Made by a program: the position numbers and the translations under genes. 64,000 nucleotides of DNA from Leptospiraceae bacterium (GTDB lineage Bacteria; Spirochaetota; Leptospiria; Leptospirales; Leptonemataceae): assembly GCA_040217195.1 (NCBI GenBank), contig JAVJNR010000006.1:1-64000 (forward strand). Direction: 5' to 3'. The notes beneath the pieces were generated by a model. The model was given only the letters and a program-made list of their open reading frames with translations. It was not told the origin of the DNA and searched no databases. How positions within the stretch are numbered: the stretch's first letter is position 1; each line of letters starts with the position of its first letter. Of the stretch, positions 1-9,537 are shown piece after piece.

Positions 1-1
1 G

Positions 2-226
2 GCAGCTCTTGGGGTCACCTCTCTGGAACGCCACATTACCCTTAATCGTGCCATGTATGGTTCCGACCAGGCAGCATCGGTTGAGCCATCTGGCTTTCAC
101 CAGCTGGTAGGTGCGGTAAGAAAGATTGAAAAAGCAATGGGGACCGGTGAAAAAACGGTGATCGAAGCAGAAGTTCCTATTGCTCGCAAACTCAGGGAGC
201 ACCTGGGATGGGAGTCCGACAGATAG
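2..226 (+). CDS. N-acetylneuraminate synthase (NeuB/SpsE family), 3' end only; short form without C-terminal SAF domain
   Basis: My translation of frame 2: AALGVTSLERHITLNRAMYGSDQAASVEP...RKIEKAMGTGEK...ARKLREHLGWESDR*; stop TAG 224-226. Not in the ORF track because it is 5'-truncated. Confidence 0.85.
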   Translation, partial: AALGVTSLERHITLNRAMYGSDQAASVEPSGFHQLVGAVRKIEKAMGTGEKTVIEAEVPIARKLREHLGWESDR

Positions 227-307
227 ATGTATTGAAGGCTAAAGAGCTACATAAGCACCAGGTGGCGCGCTGATGGCCTTCTGGGAGCTTCTTTGGGGAT
301 TACGGAA

Positions 308-1048
308 ATGGAAGATCTATTCTCAGTCAAAGACAGTGTCATTGTGGTTACCGGTGCCAATGGATTACTTGGCAGACAGTTTTCGGCGGAACTGGAAAGC
401 CGGGGCGCTTTGATTATAGGCTTCGACCAAAAGGATACACCTGCGGTCAATATCGTGGATGAAGACTCCGTACGGACTGCAGTAAAAAGGGTTTTCGACG
501 AACATGGCCGTATTGATGGATTGATTCACTGCGCTGCCATGGATGCGGTACCCGGCGGCAACCAGAAGCAATCGGCTGCATATCATGAGTTTGATTTTGC
601 CCTCTGGGAGAGGGAGGTTCAGGTGAACCTTTCCGGCTCCTTTCTGGTAACAAAGCATGTGGCGAAGCATATGATGGAGGCCAGAAACGGATCCATTGTT
701 TTCGTATCTTCGGACCTGGGTTTAATCGCGCCTAACAATACGATTTATGAACCCGGCAATTTCAAGGACATAGCCTACGTTTCCAGCAAATCTGGTGTCA
801 TTGGATTAATGCGAGCCTGGGCTTCGTATCTTGGGCCGTACAATGTCAACGTAAATGCCCTGGTTCCGGGCGGCGTATATAACAACCAGAGTCCTCAATT
901 TGTTGAAAAGAATGTGAAATTGAATATGAAGGGGCGTATGGCAAACGAGAACGAATACAACGGAGCGGTAGTATTTCTGTGCTCAAAAGCTTCTTCTTAT
1001 ATGACCGGGGCCACTTTGGTTCTGGACGGTGGGCGTACGGCCTGGTAA
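308..1048 (+). CDS. SDR family oxidoreductase (PtmA/ElaC-like, nonulosonate-cluster type)
   Basis: TGANGLLG Rossmann motif, YVSSK catalytic motif, C-terminal LDGG; ATG at 308 preferred over 293. Confidence 0.85.
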   Translation: MEDLFSVKDSVIVVTGANGLLGRQFSAELESRGALIIGFDQKDTPAVNIVDEDSVRTAVKRVFDEHGRIDGLIHCAAMDAVPGGNQKQSAAYHEFDFALWEREVQVNLSGSFLVTKHVAKHMMEARNGSIVFVSSDLGLIAPNNTIYEPGNFKDIAYVSSKSGVIGLMRAWASYLGPYNVNVNALVPGGVYNNQSPQFVEKNVKLNMKGRMANENEYNGAVVFLCSKASSYMTGATLVLDGGRTAW

Positions 1049-1074
1049 TCCCAGTTTACGCCGAAAAAAATGAA

Positions 1075-1686
1075 ATGAAGCGGGATCTAATTGTCGTTGG
1101 CGCAGGTGGGCATTCAAAAGCCCTTCTGGACGTAATTGAATCCTCTTCTGGATACCGAGTGAAAGGGATTCTGGGTCAGTCTAACGAGATAGGGATGCTG
1201 GTTACCGGGTACTCTGTAACCGGCACGGATGATTCTGTGAAAGAATATGCGGAACAGGGCTATTCCTTCATTATCGCAGTGGGTCAGATCAAGACTGCAC
1301 AGCCCCGGAAAAGTATCGCTGAAAAACTCCGAGCGTGCAGGGCTTCGCTGGCCACAATAGTTGCTGCAACGGCGCACCAGGCAGCCAGCAGTCAAATTGG
1401 TCCAGGAGGAGCGGTGTTTCATTTCGCCCATATTGGGCCGCACGCCGAAATAGGTGAACATTGTATTGTAAATACGCATGCAGTTGTTGAGCATGATTGC
1501 AATATATCCGCATTCTGCCATATTTCGACCGGCGCAATTTTGAATGGTGGTGTATCGGTTGGAGAAGAAAGCTTTATTGGCTCCGGGGCAGTCGTTCGCG
1601 AAGGAATTTCAATTGGTTCCCGTTGCATAATTGGCGCCGGTGTTCGAGTTCTTAAGTCAGTACCTGATGGAACAATGCTTCTCTAG
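1075..1686 (+). CDS. NeuD/PglD-family sugar acetyltransferase (hexapeptide repeat)
   Basis: GAGGHSK N-terminus, EHD motif, hexapeptide repeats; ATG 1075. Confidence 0.88.
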   Translation: MKRDLIVVGAGGHSKALLDVIESSSGYRVKGILGQSNEIGMLVTGYSVTGTDDSVKEYAEQGYSFIIAVGQIKTAQPRKSIAEKLRACRASLATIVAATAHQAASSQIGPGGAVFHFAHIGPHAEIGEHCIVNTHAVVEHDCNISAFCHISTGAILNGGVSVGEESFIGSGAVVREGISIGSRCIIGAGVRVLKSVPDGTMLL

Positions 1687-1718
1687 CTATCAAAATATTC
1701 ACGTGTGCGCGAAGAATA

Positions 1719-2738
1719 ATGCATGATAGAAAAATCTACATAATTGCCGAAGCCGGGGTTAATCATAACGGTGATCTGATGCTCGCAAAGCAGCTTATAG
1801 ATGTGGCTGCGAATGCGGGGGCTGATGCTGTTAAATTTCAAACCTTTCGGGCCGAGGACCTTGCTAGTGCCTCTGCAGGGAAGGCGGCTTATCAGGTGGA
1901 AACAACTGGTCAGGAAAGCAGCCAATTGAAGATGCTTCAGGATCTTGAGTTGAGCGAAGAGGCCCATCATGAATTGATGGCACATTGTCGCAGTCAGGGG
2001 ATTCAATTTCTGTCTACATCCTTTGATCTGAATAGTACAGAATTCTTGAAGAGTCTTGATTTGCCATTCTGGAAGATTCCCTCCGGGGAGATCACGCATA
2101 TTCCATATATTCAAGCGATTGCCAATACGGGCAAACCCGTCCTGATATCAACGGGAATGGCCAATCTTGGAGAAATTGAAGTAGCAATAGACATTTTTAT
2201 TAAGAGCGGTTATGATCGTCGCTCATTGACCTTGCTACACTGTACTACGAATTATCCCGCTGATTTTGTTGAACTGAATTTATCCGCCATAGCAACATTG
2301 CGGGAGACCTTTCAGGTCGATGTTGGTTATTCGGACCACTCTGCAGGGATTGAAGCATCGATTGCCGCGGTGGCTCTTGGAGCTACGGTTGTAGAGAAAC
2401 ATTTTACTCTGGATCGATCCATGCCGGGACCGGATCATCGGGCAAGTCTGGAACCATCAGAATTGGAATCACTGGTGTTGGCTGTCCGGAACATAGAAAT
2501 GGCTATCGGGCATGGACGAAAGGAGCCAACGCTATCTGAGCTGGCCAACCTGCCAGTCGTGCGAAAGGGAATATACGCGAAACAGAGCATCTCCAGAGGG
2601 GAGACCCTTACCTCGGAAAACCTAATATGCAAGCGACCCGTGGCAACTCTTCCGGCCTCCCTCTGGAGCTTTGTTCTCGGAGGCACAGCGCAACGCAATT
2701 TTTCGGCCAACGAGCCAATCGACTTTTGGAATAAGTAA
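1719..2738 (+). CDS. neuB: N,N'-diacetyllegionaminate / N-acetylneuraminate synthase (LegI/NeuB) with SAF domain
   Basis: IIAEAGVNHNG, KFQTF, KIPSGEIT, GYSDH, EKHFTLD, GPDH; C-terminal KRP SAF-like tail. Confidence 0.93.
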   Translation: MHDRKIYIIAEAGVNHNGDLMLAKQLIDVAANAGADAVKFQTFRAEDLASASAGKAAYQVETTGQESSQLKMLQDLELSEEAHHELMAHCRSQGIQFLSTSFDLNSTEFLKSLDLPFWKIPSGEITHIPYIQAIANTGKPVLISTGMANLGEIEVAIDIFIKSGYDRRSLTLLHCTTNYPADFVELNLSAIATLRETFQVDVGYSDHSAGIEASIAAVALGATVVEKHFTLDRSMPGPDHRASLEPSELESLVLAVRNIEMAIGHGRKEPTLSELANLPVVRKGIYAKQSISRGETLTSENLICKRPVATLPASLWSFVLGGTAQRNFSANEPIDFWNK

Positions 2739-3922
2739 TGCGGAAGATCTGTGTTGTAACAGGAAGTAGGGCTGAGTATGGTTTACTCTATTGGCTCATG
2801 AAGGGAATTCAAGGCTCCGAGGGCCTAGAATTCCAGCTAATAGTAACAGGAATGCATTTATCCCCTGAATTTGGGCTAACCTATCAACAAATAGAGGATG
2901 ATGGATTCGAAATTGATCGTAAAGTCGAGATGCTGTTGTCGGCAGACACTCCAACCGCTGTATCGAAGTCCACTGCTCTGGGGTTGATAGGGATGGCCGA
3001 CGCCCTGGCTGACCTGACCCCAGATTTGCTCGTGGTACTCGGAGATCGATTCGAGATATTTGCGGCTGCGACCGCAGCAACCCTTCAGAGGGTCCCTCTA
3101 GCACATATTCATGGTGGTGAGTCTACCTTCGGCGCAGTGGACGAAGCGATACGACACTCAATAACCAAAATGTCTCACCTCCATTTTACTGCGACAGAAG
3201 TGTATCGTAATCGAGTGATTCAACTGGGAGAAGATCCTTCAAGAGTTTTTAACGTTGGAGCGGTGGGCCTGGATAACATCCAGCGACTCGATTTTCTGGA
3301 GATAGGGGAACTGGAACAATCTCTAGGGGTATCTCTGGAGCCCGATACGGTCTTGGTTACGTATCATCCAGTAACTCTGGAATCCGCCACTGCGAAAGGT
3401 CAAATCGAGGCGCTGCTGAAAAGCCTGGACCTGGCGCGGTATCAAGTAATCTTTACCCTGCCCAATGCCGATGCGGATGGGCGCATAATTCGGGATTGTA
3501 TTTTGAAATTTGCCGCTGAGCACCCAGATAGGGTCAAGGCATTCACCAGCTTGGGCCAGTTGAAATACTTATCGTTGCTCAAGTATGTATCCATTGTTGT
3601 CGGCAACTCCTCTAGCGGAATTCTTGAGGTCCCGGCTTTTGGTATTCCAACGATTAATATCGGGGATCGGCAGGCAGGTCGCATCGCGGCAAAAAGTGTC
3701 ATCCACTGCGGGCCTGATTCTGTTAGCATAGAGTCTGCCATCGAGAAGGGATTTAACCAGGAGTTTCGTGAATCGCTGGCAGGCATGGCCAACCCTTACG
3801 GGTCTGGAGGGGCCACTGAAAAGATTCAGAAAATTCTCGAAGAGTTTGAAATCGAAGGAATTCTAAAAAAAAGGTTCTTTGACTTACCGCCCGCGGTTGC
3901 AGGCAGCCAGGCGAAGGCATGA
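2738..3922 (+). CDS. neuC: UDP/GDP-N-acetylhexosamine 2-epimerase, hydrolysing (NeuC/LegG)
   Basis: TGSRAEYG, TGMHLS, LGDRFE, HIHGGE, GNSSSG, GDRQ motifs. Confidence 0.93.
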   Translation: MRKICVVTGSRAEYGLLYWLMKGIQGSEGLEFQLIVTGMHLSPEFGLTYQQIEDDGFEIDRKVEMLLSADTPTAVSKSTALGLIGMADALADLTPDLLVVLGDRFEIFAAATAATLQRVPLAHIHGGESTFGAVDEAIRHSITKMSHLHFTATEVYRNRVIQLGEDPSRVFNVGAVGLDNIQRLDFLEIGELEQSLGVSLEPDTVLVTYHPVTLESATAKGQIEALLKSLDLARYQVIFTLPNADADGRIIRDCILKFAAEHPDRVKAFTSLGQLKYLSLLKYVSIVVGNSSSGILEVPAFGIPTINIGDRQAGRIAAKSVIHCGPDSVSIESAIEKGFNQEFRESLAGMANPYGSGGATEKIQKILEEFEIEGILKKRFFDLPPAVAGSQAKA

Positions 3923-3977
3923 ATAGAAAAAAGCCTCCGGTTTTCCAGGCAGGCCCGGAGCTTTAAGAGTAATCAGA

Positions 3978-4970
3978 ATGAAGTTTTTAATTTGTGGCAT
4001 TGGTTCAATTGGCCAAAGACATTATCGAAACCTAAAATCTCTGGGGCATAGAGTGGCCGTATTGCGGCACACCGATAAAAGAACGGAATTTATTCGGAAA
4101 TTTCTGGAGGGTGAGGAAAAGGAGAACGGCCCTGTTCAAATCTTCTATTCTCTGGACGAAGCGCTCCAGGAATTCGATCCTGAAGCTGTCTTCCTTGCAA
4201 ATCCCAACTCCCTTCACATGGACCTTGCGCTGCAAATCGCGGAGAAAGGAAAGCATCTGTTTATAGAGAAACCCCTGACTCATACTTTGGACGGAGTTGA
4301 TAAGCTTAGAGATCTGGTCGAACAAAAGAAGCTTAAAGTAATGATCGGATATAACCTGCGCTGGCATCCGCAGTTAGTGAAAATGCACCAGATGTTAGAG
4401 GACGGTGTGATTGGAAAAGTGCTTTCTGCCCACGTTGAGATGGGGGAGAACATGGAGGACTGGCATCCCTGGGAAGATTACCGAGATACTTATGCACCTT
4501 ACAGGTCGGGTGGGGGTGGGGCGGTACTGTGTTTTAGCCATGATATCGATTATCTATATTGGTTTCTTGGCCGCCCTGAGCGAGTGTTGGCCATCGGAGG
4601 GAAGATGACTCCGTTGGATGGTGATGCTGAAGATATGGTAAAGGTACTTTTTCAATACCAGGACCGATCGATCGCATCTTTACATATAGATTACTGGCAG
4701 CGGCCTCATCGGAGAGTGTTTGATCTTATAGGAACGAAAGGCACCATTACCTGGGACTATGAGGCCAAGACATTGGAGCATTCCGATCATAGTACCGGAG
4801 AGGTGCAGACCGAGAATCTGGACCCAGAATTTGAACGAAATCATACCTTTATCGATGAAGTTTCCGAATTCATTGAGTCCATCCAGTCTGATACTACTCC
4901 CCCCATACCGCTACAGCAAGGGATCGATGTCCTGGAAATTTCCCTGCAGATTACAGATCAGTTGTCTTAA
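3978..4970 (+). CDS. Gfo/Idh/MocA family oxidoreductase
   Basis: GIGSIG, IEKP, GYNLR, DWHPWEDY, SHDID. Confidence 0.88.
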   Translation: MKFLICGIGSIGQRHYRNLKSLGHRVAVLRHTDKRTEFIRKFLEGEEKENGPVQIFYSLDEALQEFDPEAVFLANPNSLHMDLALQIAEKGKHLFIEKPLTHTLDGVDKLRDLVEQKKLKVMIGYNLRWHPQLVKMHQMLEDGVIGKVLSAHVEMGENMEDWHPWEDYRDTYAPYRSGGGGAVLCFSHDIDYLYWFLGRPERVLAIGGKMTPLDGDAEDMVKVLFQYQDRSIASLHIDYWQRPHRRVFDLIGTKGTITWDYEAKTLEHSDHSTGEVQTENLDPEFERNHTFIDEVSEFIESIQSDTTPPIPLQQGIDVLEISLQITDQLS

Positions 4971-4971
4971 A

Positions 4972-5718
4972 ATGAGAAGCGAAAAGGAAGTAAAGGTTCT
5001 TGGGATCGTACCAGCCCGCGGCGGATCCAAAGGCATCCCCCGAAAGAATATTATTGATCTGGCAGGCAAGCCTCTAATCGCACATACAATACAAACCGCG
5101 CACCAAGCCTCTCTACTGGATGCCTGCATCGTATCCACAGATGATATCGAGATAGCCGACGTGGCTCGCAAATTTGGGGCGGACGTGCCGTTTCTTCGTC
5201 CTGCTGAATTGGCCCAGGATAATTCCACCGATATCGGTTTCATGCAACATGCAATTGATTGGGTGGCCGAGCACAGACAATGGAAACCTGACATTCTGGT
5301 AATGCTTCAACCCACCAGTCCAACCAGGACTCCTGATGATATTGATTCCGTTATTAGAATTATGGTCGATAAGAATGCGGACTCTGTGCGGACCGTCGTG
5401 GATCCCAGTCCGCATAACCCCTTTAAGATGTGGACATTCATTGATGACGAAGGCCGAATGAAGCCACTTCTTCCGACGGAATACTTTGATACACTTGGCA
5501 CAGACGTTCCCAGGCAAAAGCTCCCCAAATACTTCTTACAGATCGGTTTTGTCTATGCCACTCGAGTGAGCCTACTGCGCCAGGGAAAGGTAATCGGCCC
5601 AAGAATGTTTGGTTATGTCATTCCACGGGAAAGGCTTGTCGATATTGATTCTTATGAAGATCTGGCTCGAGCGGAATCTATCATGGCCGCACACGACCTA
5701 AACTCCCAGACAGACTAA
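4972..5718 (+). CDS. neuA: Acylneuraminate cytidylyltransferase (CMP-nonulosonate synthetase)
   Basis: PARGGSKGIPRKN, STDD, PFLRP, LQPTSP, DID; ATG 4972 immediately after the upstream stop. Confidence 0.9.
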   Translation: MRSEKEVKVLGIVPARGGSKGIPRKNIIDLAGKPLIAHTIQTAHQASLLDACIVSTDDIEIADVARKFGADVPFLRPAELAQDNSTDIGFMQHAIDWVAEHRQWKPDILVMLQPTSPTRTPDDIDSVIRIMVDKNADSVRTVVDPSPHNPFKMWTFIDDEGRMKPLLPTEYFDTLGTDVPRQKLPKYFLQIGFVYATRVSLLRQGKVIGPRMFGYVIPRERLVDIDSYEDLARAESIMAAHDLNSQTD

Positions 5719-5811
5719 CAACCAATTGAACCGAAACATAGAAGGAAGGGGAGAACTTCGAATTCCTGAATCCTGGGTCTTTCCGATTGCCGCTGTCCTA
5801 TTTTTGAGAAA

Positions 5812-6954
5812 ATGAAACTAATTCATCTAGCAAACTGTAACAGTACCAACATAGGAAATGGCGCACTTATGAGTGGGCTTGAGGCCGTTCTAAGCGAAGA
5901 TCTTCCAGGAAGATTGGAGTGGATTCGAGAGCCATGGGATGATTATACCTTTGGACTGAAGGAGTTTGACTCAGATTTTATCAAGTTGGTCAATCAAAGC
6001 GATGGATTAATTGTGGGCGGTGCCGTCACCTTCAACGGTCGGGATTACAATCATCAGACAGGATCCAGATTTGAGCTCCCCTTTGGGCTTTGGTCTTCCA
6101 TACGAAAACCCGTAGTCTTCTATGGTCTCTCTTACAGGAACTGGGAGGGGCAGGAATATCATCATAGGGATCGTCTGATTCAACTGATCGAGAAGATATT
6201 GGAAACCCCGAACATGTTGCTTTCGGTGCGCAATGATGGCACCCGCGAATGGCTTCAGCGCACAACCGGCATAGAAGAGGACTTCCTGGAAGTTCCGGAC
6301 TCTGCGGTCTTTGTGGAAACGGATCAGCAAACAAACCCCAGGGAACTGGAGCCTAATAGCAAGAACATAATACTGTCATTTAATGACGAAGATGCTTCCT
6401 TTAGGTTTTCTAGAAGAAATTCCGGAATCCCTGATGCACGAGACCACGTTATAAACCAATATGTACAGGCAGTCGAGCGCATCGCCGATGAATTCAAGGT
6501 TAATTTTATTCTCGTGCCACACTACTTTGATGATTATCAGATGATCAGTGACTTCATGAAGCGTCTACGTCCGAGAATTGGACACCAGATGACTGTCTCA
6601 ACAGGCCTGAGCCGTGCAAAGGATACAGGGGCATTTTACGAAAGATACCGCCGAGTTGATCTTGCCGTCAGCATGCGAGTGCACTCGATGTCTCCATGCA
6701 TTGGCCTTGGTACCCCAATGGTGGCATTAATTACCCAGGAAAGGATGCGGGATTTCATGGAGCGAGTGGACCTGGAGAATGTCTGTGTAGATGCTTTCGA
6801 TAAGGATTCCGGTGAATTGCTTTATGAAAGAATGAGTCAGTCTCTGAATGCCCCCCGAAGTGTAACCGATCAATTCGGTGCTGTTCGAGACATCCTAAGG
6901 ACGCAAACCCGGACCTTCCACCGACAAATCGAAAACCTCATAGGAAATCAATGA
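5812..6954 (+). CDS. Polysaccharide pyruvyl transferase family protein
   Basis: N-terminal NIGN (cf. NxGD), LIVGG, SVR, PD, and SMRVHS (cf. RLH). Confidence 0.7.
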   Translation: MKLIHLANCNSTNIGNGALMSGLEAVLSEDLPGRLEWIREPWDDYTFGLKEFDSDFIKLVNQSDGLIVGGAVTFNGRDYNHQTGSRFELPFGLWSSIRKPVVFYGLSYRNWEGQEYHHRDRLIQLIEKILETPNMLLSVRNDGTREWLQRTTGIEEDFLEVPDSAVFVETDQQTNPRELEPNSKNIILSFNDEDASFRFSRRNSGIPDARDHVINQYVQAVERIADEFKVNFILVPHYFDDYQMISDFMKRLRPRIGHQMTVSTGLSRAKDTGAFYERYRRVDLAVSMRVHSMSPCIGLGTPMVALITQERMRDFMERVDLENVCVDAFDKDSGELLYERMSQSLNAPRSVTDQFGAVRDILRTQTRTFHRQIENLIGNQ

Positions 6955-6992
6955 ATGATGAACTTGATTCCTGGTCTTAGGATTGCATAGCA

Positions 6993-8315
6993 ATGAATGT
7001 TTATTTTCACATAGATGAGCTCGCACGAGATGCAGTAGTTGCCTCCGCGCTCAAGAAAGAGCTAAGAAAAATCGGTGGGAAATTGACCTACGGAACCAGG
7101 ATAACCACTGATCGCTATCTTGCGAAATACAATCATTTTGACGTTGTTATTCTGCCTTCGCTTCGTCACTTTGAAGTCGCCTGTCAGGATCCAGAGGTCC
7201 TGCCTGAAAACGTATTCATTCTCCAAACAGAGGCGATTGGTCAGGCCACTGGGACTCTGCGGCGCCTGAATGGAAAGTATTTCGGTGATGATCTGGAAGA
7301 GTCCCGCCCCTGGCATTCCGCCGTTGCAAGGTACCTCCTATGGGGGTATTCCCATTTAAATCCCTTCAAGGAGTTCATACCGGAATATCTTGAAAAATGC
7401 ACCGTTGTTGGGCACCCTCGGCTGGCCGATGCCTGTTTAAAACCACCAAATAAAGTACATAAGCCGGTCTCCCGAAAGGTGCTTGGTCTGGTGTCTCGCT
7501 TTACCTTCTTGAGTCCGATGGATAATAGAATTCCATTCGAGAGCGTGATAAGCAGTATGCGCTTTGGAAAGAGAGTTTTTCCCTTATTTGAAAATTCACC
7601 CGACAGAGACGTTGAAGATCTGGCGTATACAGAGATTATCGACTTTCGAATAATGTTACAGATCATAATGACTCTGGAGAAGGAAAACTACGATTTGCGA
7701 GTTCGGCCTCACCCCAGAGAAAATCGTGAGGGCTGGGAAACCATTGCTAGAAAGCTTAACCTCAAAATTACTCTGTCACCCTGGGATGAACCATTCGGTC
7801 ACTGGCTTCAGGAGTTGGACTATATTGTAACCCCACCTTCTACCAGTCTGTATGATGTATTCTTCCAGAAAAAGAAGCCCATTGTCATAGACCATATCGT
7901 TAGTTCAAGGGCAGAGCATACACTAACAGAGAGCGACGATCGAAACCAGATTTTGGAAGCAGTCTGCCGCCCTAAATCCGTGGAAGAAGTGGTGGATAGA
8001 CTCGAGAAGGACGATATCCCGGTGAAGGAAGACATTGCGATTAAGAATCTGCAGGAGCAAGTTGGTTTCGATATCGCACATCAATCCATCGGCAATATTG
8101 TGGAGGCAATGCAGGAATTCGTAAAAAACAGACCAGGCGCGAAGACTAGTAACGTTGATTTCTGGAAATTATTGAATTATCGATTTCGAGCCAGTGCATT
8201 CCTCCACCTTCGCTGGATCAAAAACCGGATCCTCCGACGAACTGAGCAGGGTTCCGGTTTCCATTTAAGCTTCCTCCGAAAACGTTGGATTGATAGATTG
8301 ACTCGGGAGGATTAA
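6993..8315 (+). CDS. Surface carbohydrate biosynthesis protein; possible GT-B nonulosonate transferase
   Basis: Long ORF in operon; ELARD N-terminus, LLWG, VGHPR, RPHPRE, PSTS motifs. Confidence 0.55.
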   Translation: MNVYFHIDELARDAVVASALKKELRKIGGKLTYGTRITTDRYLAKYNHFDVVILPSLRHFEVACQDPEVLPENVFILQTEAIGQATGTLRRLNGKYFGDDLEESRPWHSAVARYLLWGYSHLNPFKEFIPEYLEKCTVVGHPRLADACLKPPNKVHKPVSRKVLGLVSRFTFLSPMDNRIPFESVISSMRFGKRVFPLFENSPDRDVEDLAYTEIIDFRIMLQIIMTLEKENYDLRVRPHPRENREGWETIARKLNLKITLSPWDEPFGHWLQELDYIVTPPSTSLYDVFFQKKKPIVIDHIVSSRAEHTLTESDDRNQILEAVCRPKSVEEVVDRLEKDDIPVKEDIAIKNLQEQVGFDIAHQSIGNIVEAMQEFVKNRPGAKTSNVDFWKLLNYRFRASAFLHLRWIKNRILRRTEQGSGFHLSFLRKRWIDRLTRED

Positions 8316-8343
8316 TTCTTCTTTGTCTGCCCGCATGAACACC

Positions 8344-9537
8344 ATGTCCTCAAGCATATTACCATTACTTTCGCGCAATCGTGGTCTCTTTGACGAAGAG
8401 ATAAGCCTTTACGATCAGCAAATGCGTGACCTTATTATGGAATCCTCTTTCCTGGTTATCGGCGGGGCAGGCTCCATTGGCCAGGCTGTTGTGCATGAAA
8501 TCTTCAAGCGAAATCCCAGGAAGCTTCATGTTGTAGACATTAGTGAAAACAACATGGTGGAGCTTGTGAGGGACGTTCGGACATCCCTCGGCTACATAGA
8601 TGGTGACTTTCGTACCTTCATTCTTGATGCAGGTTCTACAGAATACGATGCATTCATAAAGGCAGACGGCAAATACGATTATGTGCTTAACCTGTCCGCG
8701 TTGAAGCATGTGCGAAGCGAAAAAGATCCATTTACGCTGATGCGTTTGATTCAGGTGAATATCCTCAACACAGAGAAGACAATGGCCCAGGCCCTGACGA
8801 ACGGCAGCAGGCGCTATTTTTGCGTTTCTACAGACAAAGCGGCCGCCCCGGTTAATATGATGGGAGCGAGCAAGCGCATCATGGAACATTTCTTAATTCG
8901 GAGAAGCTTTGAATTGCCCGTATCCACGGCTCGATTCGCTAACGTTGCCTTTTCCGATGGATCACTATTACAGGGCTTCAAATTTCGATTGGAGAAGGGG
9001 CAGCCTCTCGCTGCGCCTAACGATATAAAGCGATATTTTATAACTCCGCAGGAGTCCGGTGAACTTTGTATGATGTCCTGCCTCTTTGGCGAGAACCGTG
9101 ATATCTTCTTCCCCAAGTTAAGCCAGGATTTCCGTCTTATTGGATTTGATGAAATCGCAACGAAATTCCTGAATCAACGGGGATATGAACCGCAGCTTTG
9201 TGCGTCAGAGGAAGAGGCCCGGGCACTGGCGGATTCACTTCCTGCTAAAGGGAAATGGCCCTGCTACTTCTCCGCCAGTGATACTACCGGTGAGAAGGAC
9301 TATGAGGAGTTCTATACGGACTCAGAAACACTTGATATGGAACGATATCCAGATATTGGAGTCATCAAGCACAGTTCAGGATATGATAATGAGGCCCTGG
9401 ATGAGTTTTTGAGTTTTGTAGAAGAAAAGCGGCGGAACGGTGAGTGGACCAAAAAAGAAATTGTAACACTATTTGGCAGGATATTACCGGACTTTAAGCA
9501 CGTCGACACCGGACGATATCTAGACAGCAAGATGTGA
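8344..9537 (+). CDS. legB: NDP-N-acetylglucosamine 4,6-dehydratase (LegB-type)
   Basis: GGAGSIG, DISENN, SALKHVRSEKDP, STDKA, MMGASK, ARFANVAFSDGSL, TGEKDYEEF; exact start (8323/8335/8344) uncertain. Confidence 0.9.
   Translation: MSSSILPLLSRNRGLFDEEISLYDQQMRDLIMESSFLVIGGAGSIGQAVVHEIFKRNPRKLHVVDISENNMVELVRDVRTSLGYIDGDFRTFILDAGSTEYDAFIKADGKYDYVLNLSALKHVRSEKDPFTLMRLIQVNILNTEKTMAQALTNGSRRYFCVSTDKAAAPVNMMGASKRIMEHFLIRRSFELPVSTARFANVAFSDGSLLQGFKFRLEKGQPLAAPNDIKRYFITPQESGELCMMSCLFGENRDIFFPKLSQDFRLIGFDEIATKFLNQRGYEPQLCASEEEARALADSLPAKGKWPCYFSASDTTGEKDYEEFYTDSETLDMERYPDIGVIKHSSGYDNEALDEFLSFVEEKRRNGEWTKKEIVTLFGRILPDFKHVDTGRYLDSKM

Noticed and set aside
3865..3872. A8 run in neuC (also T8 at 25082-25089 and T9 at 51454-51462) as phase-variation tracts
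   Set aside because: A/T runs of this length are common, encode ordinary Lys/Phe codons, and two lie near gene ends.
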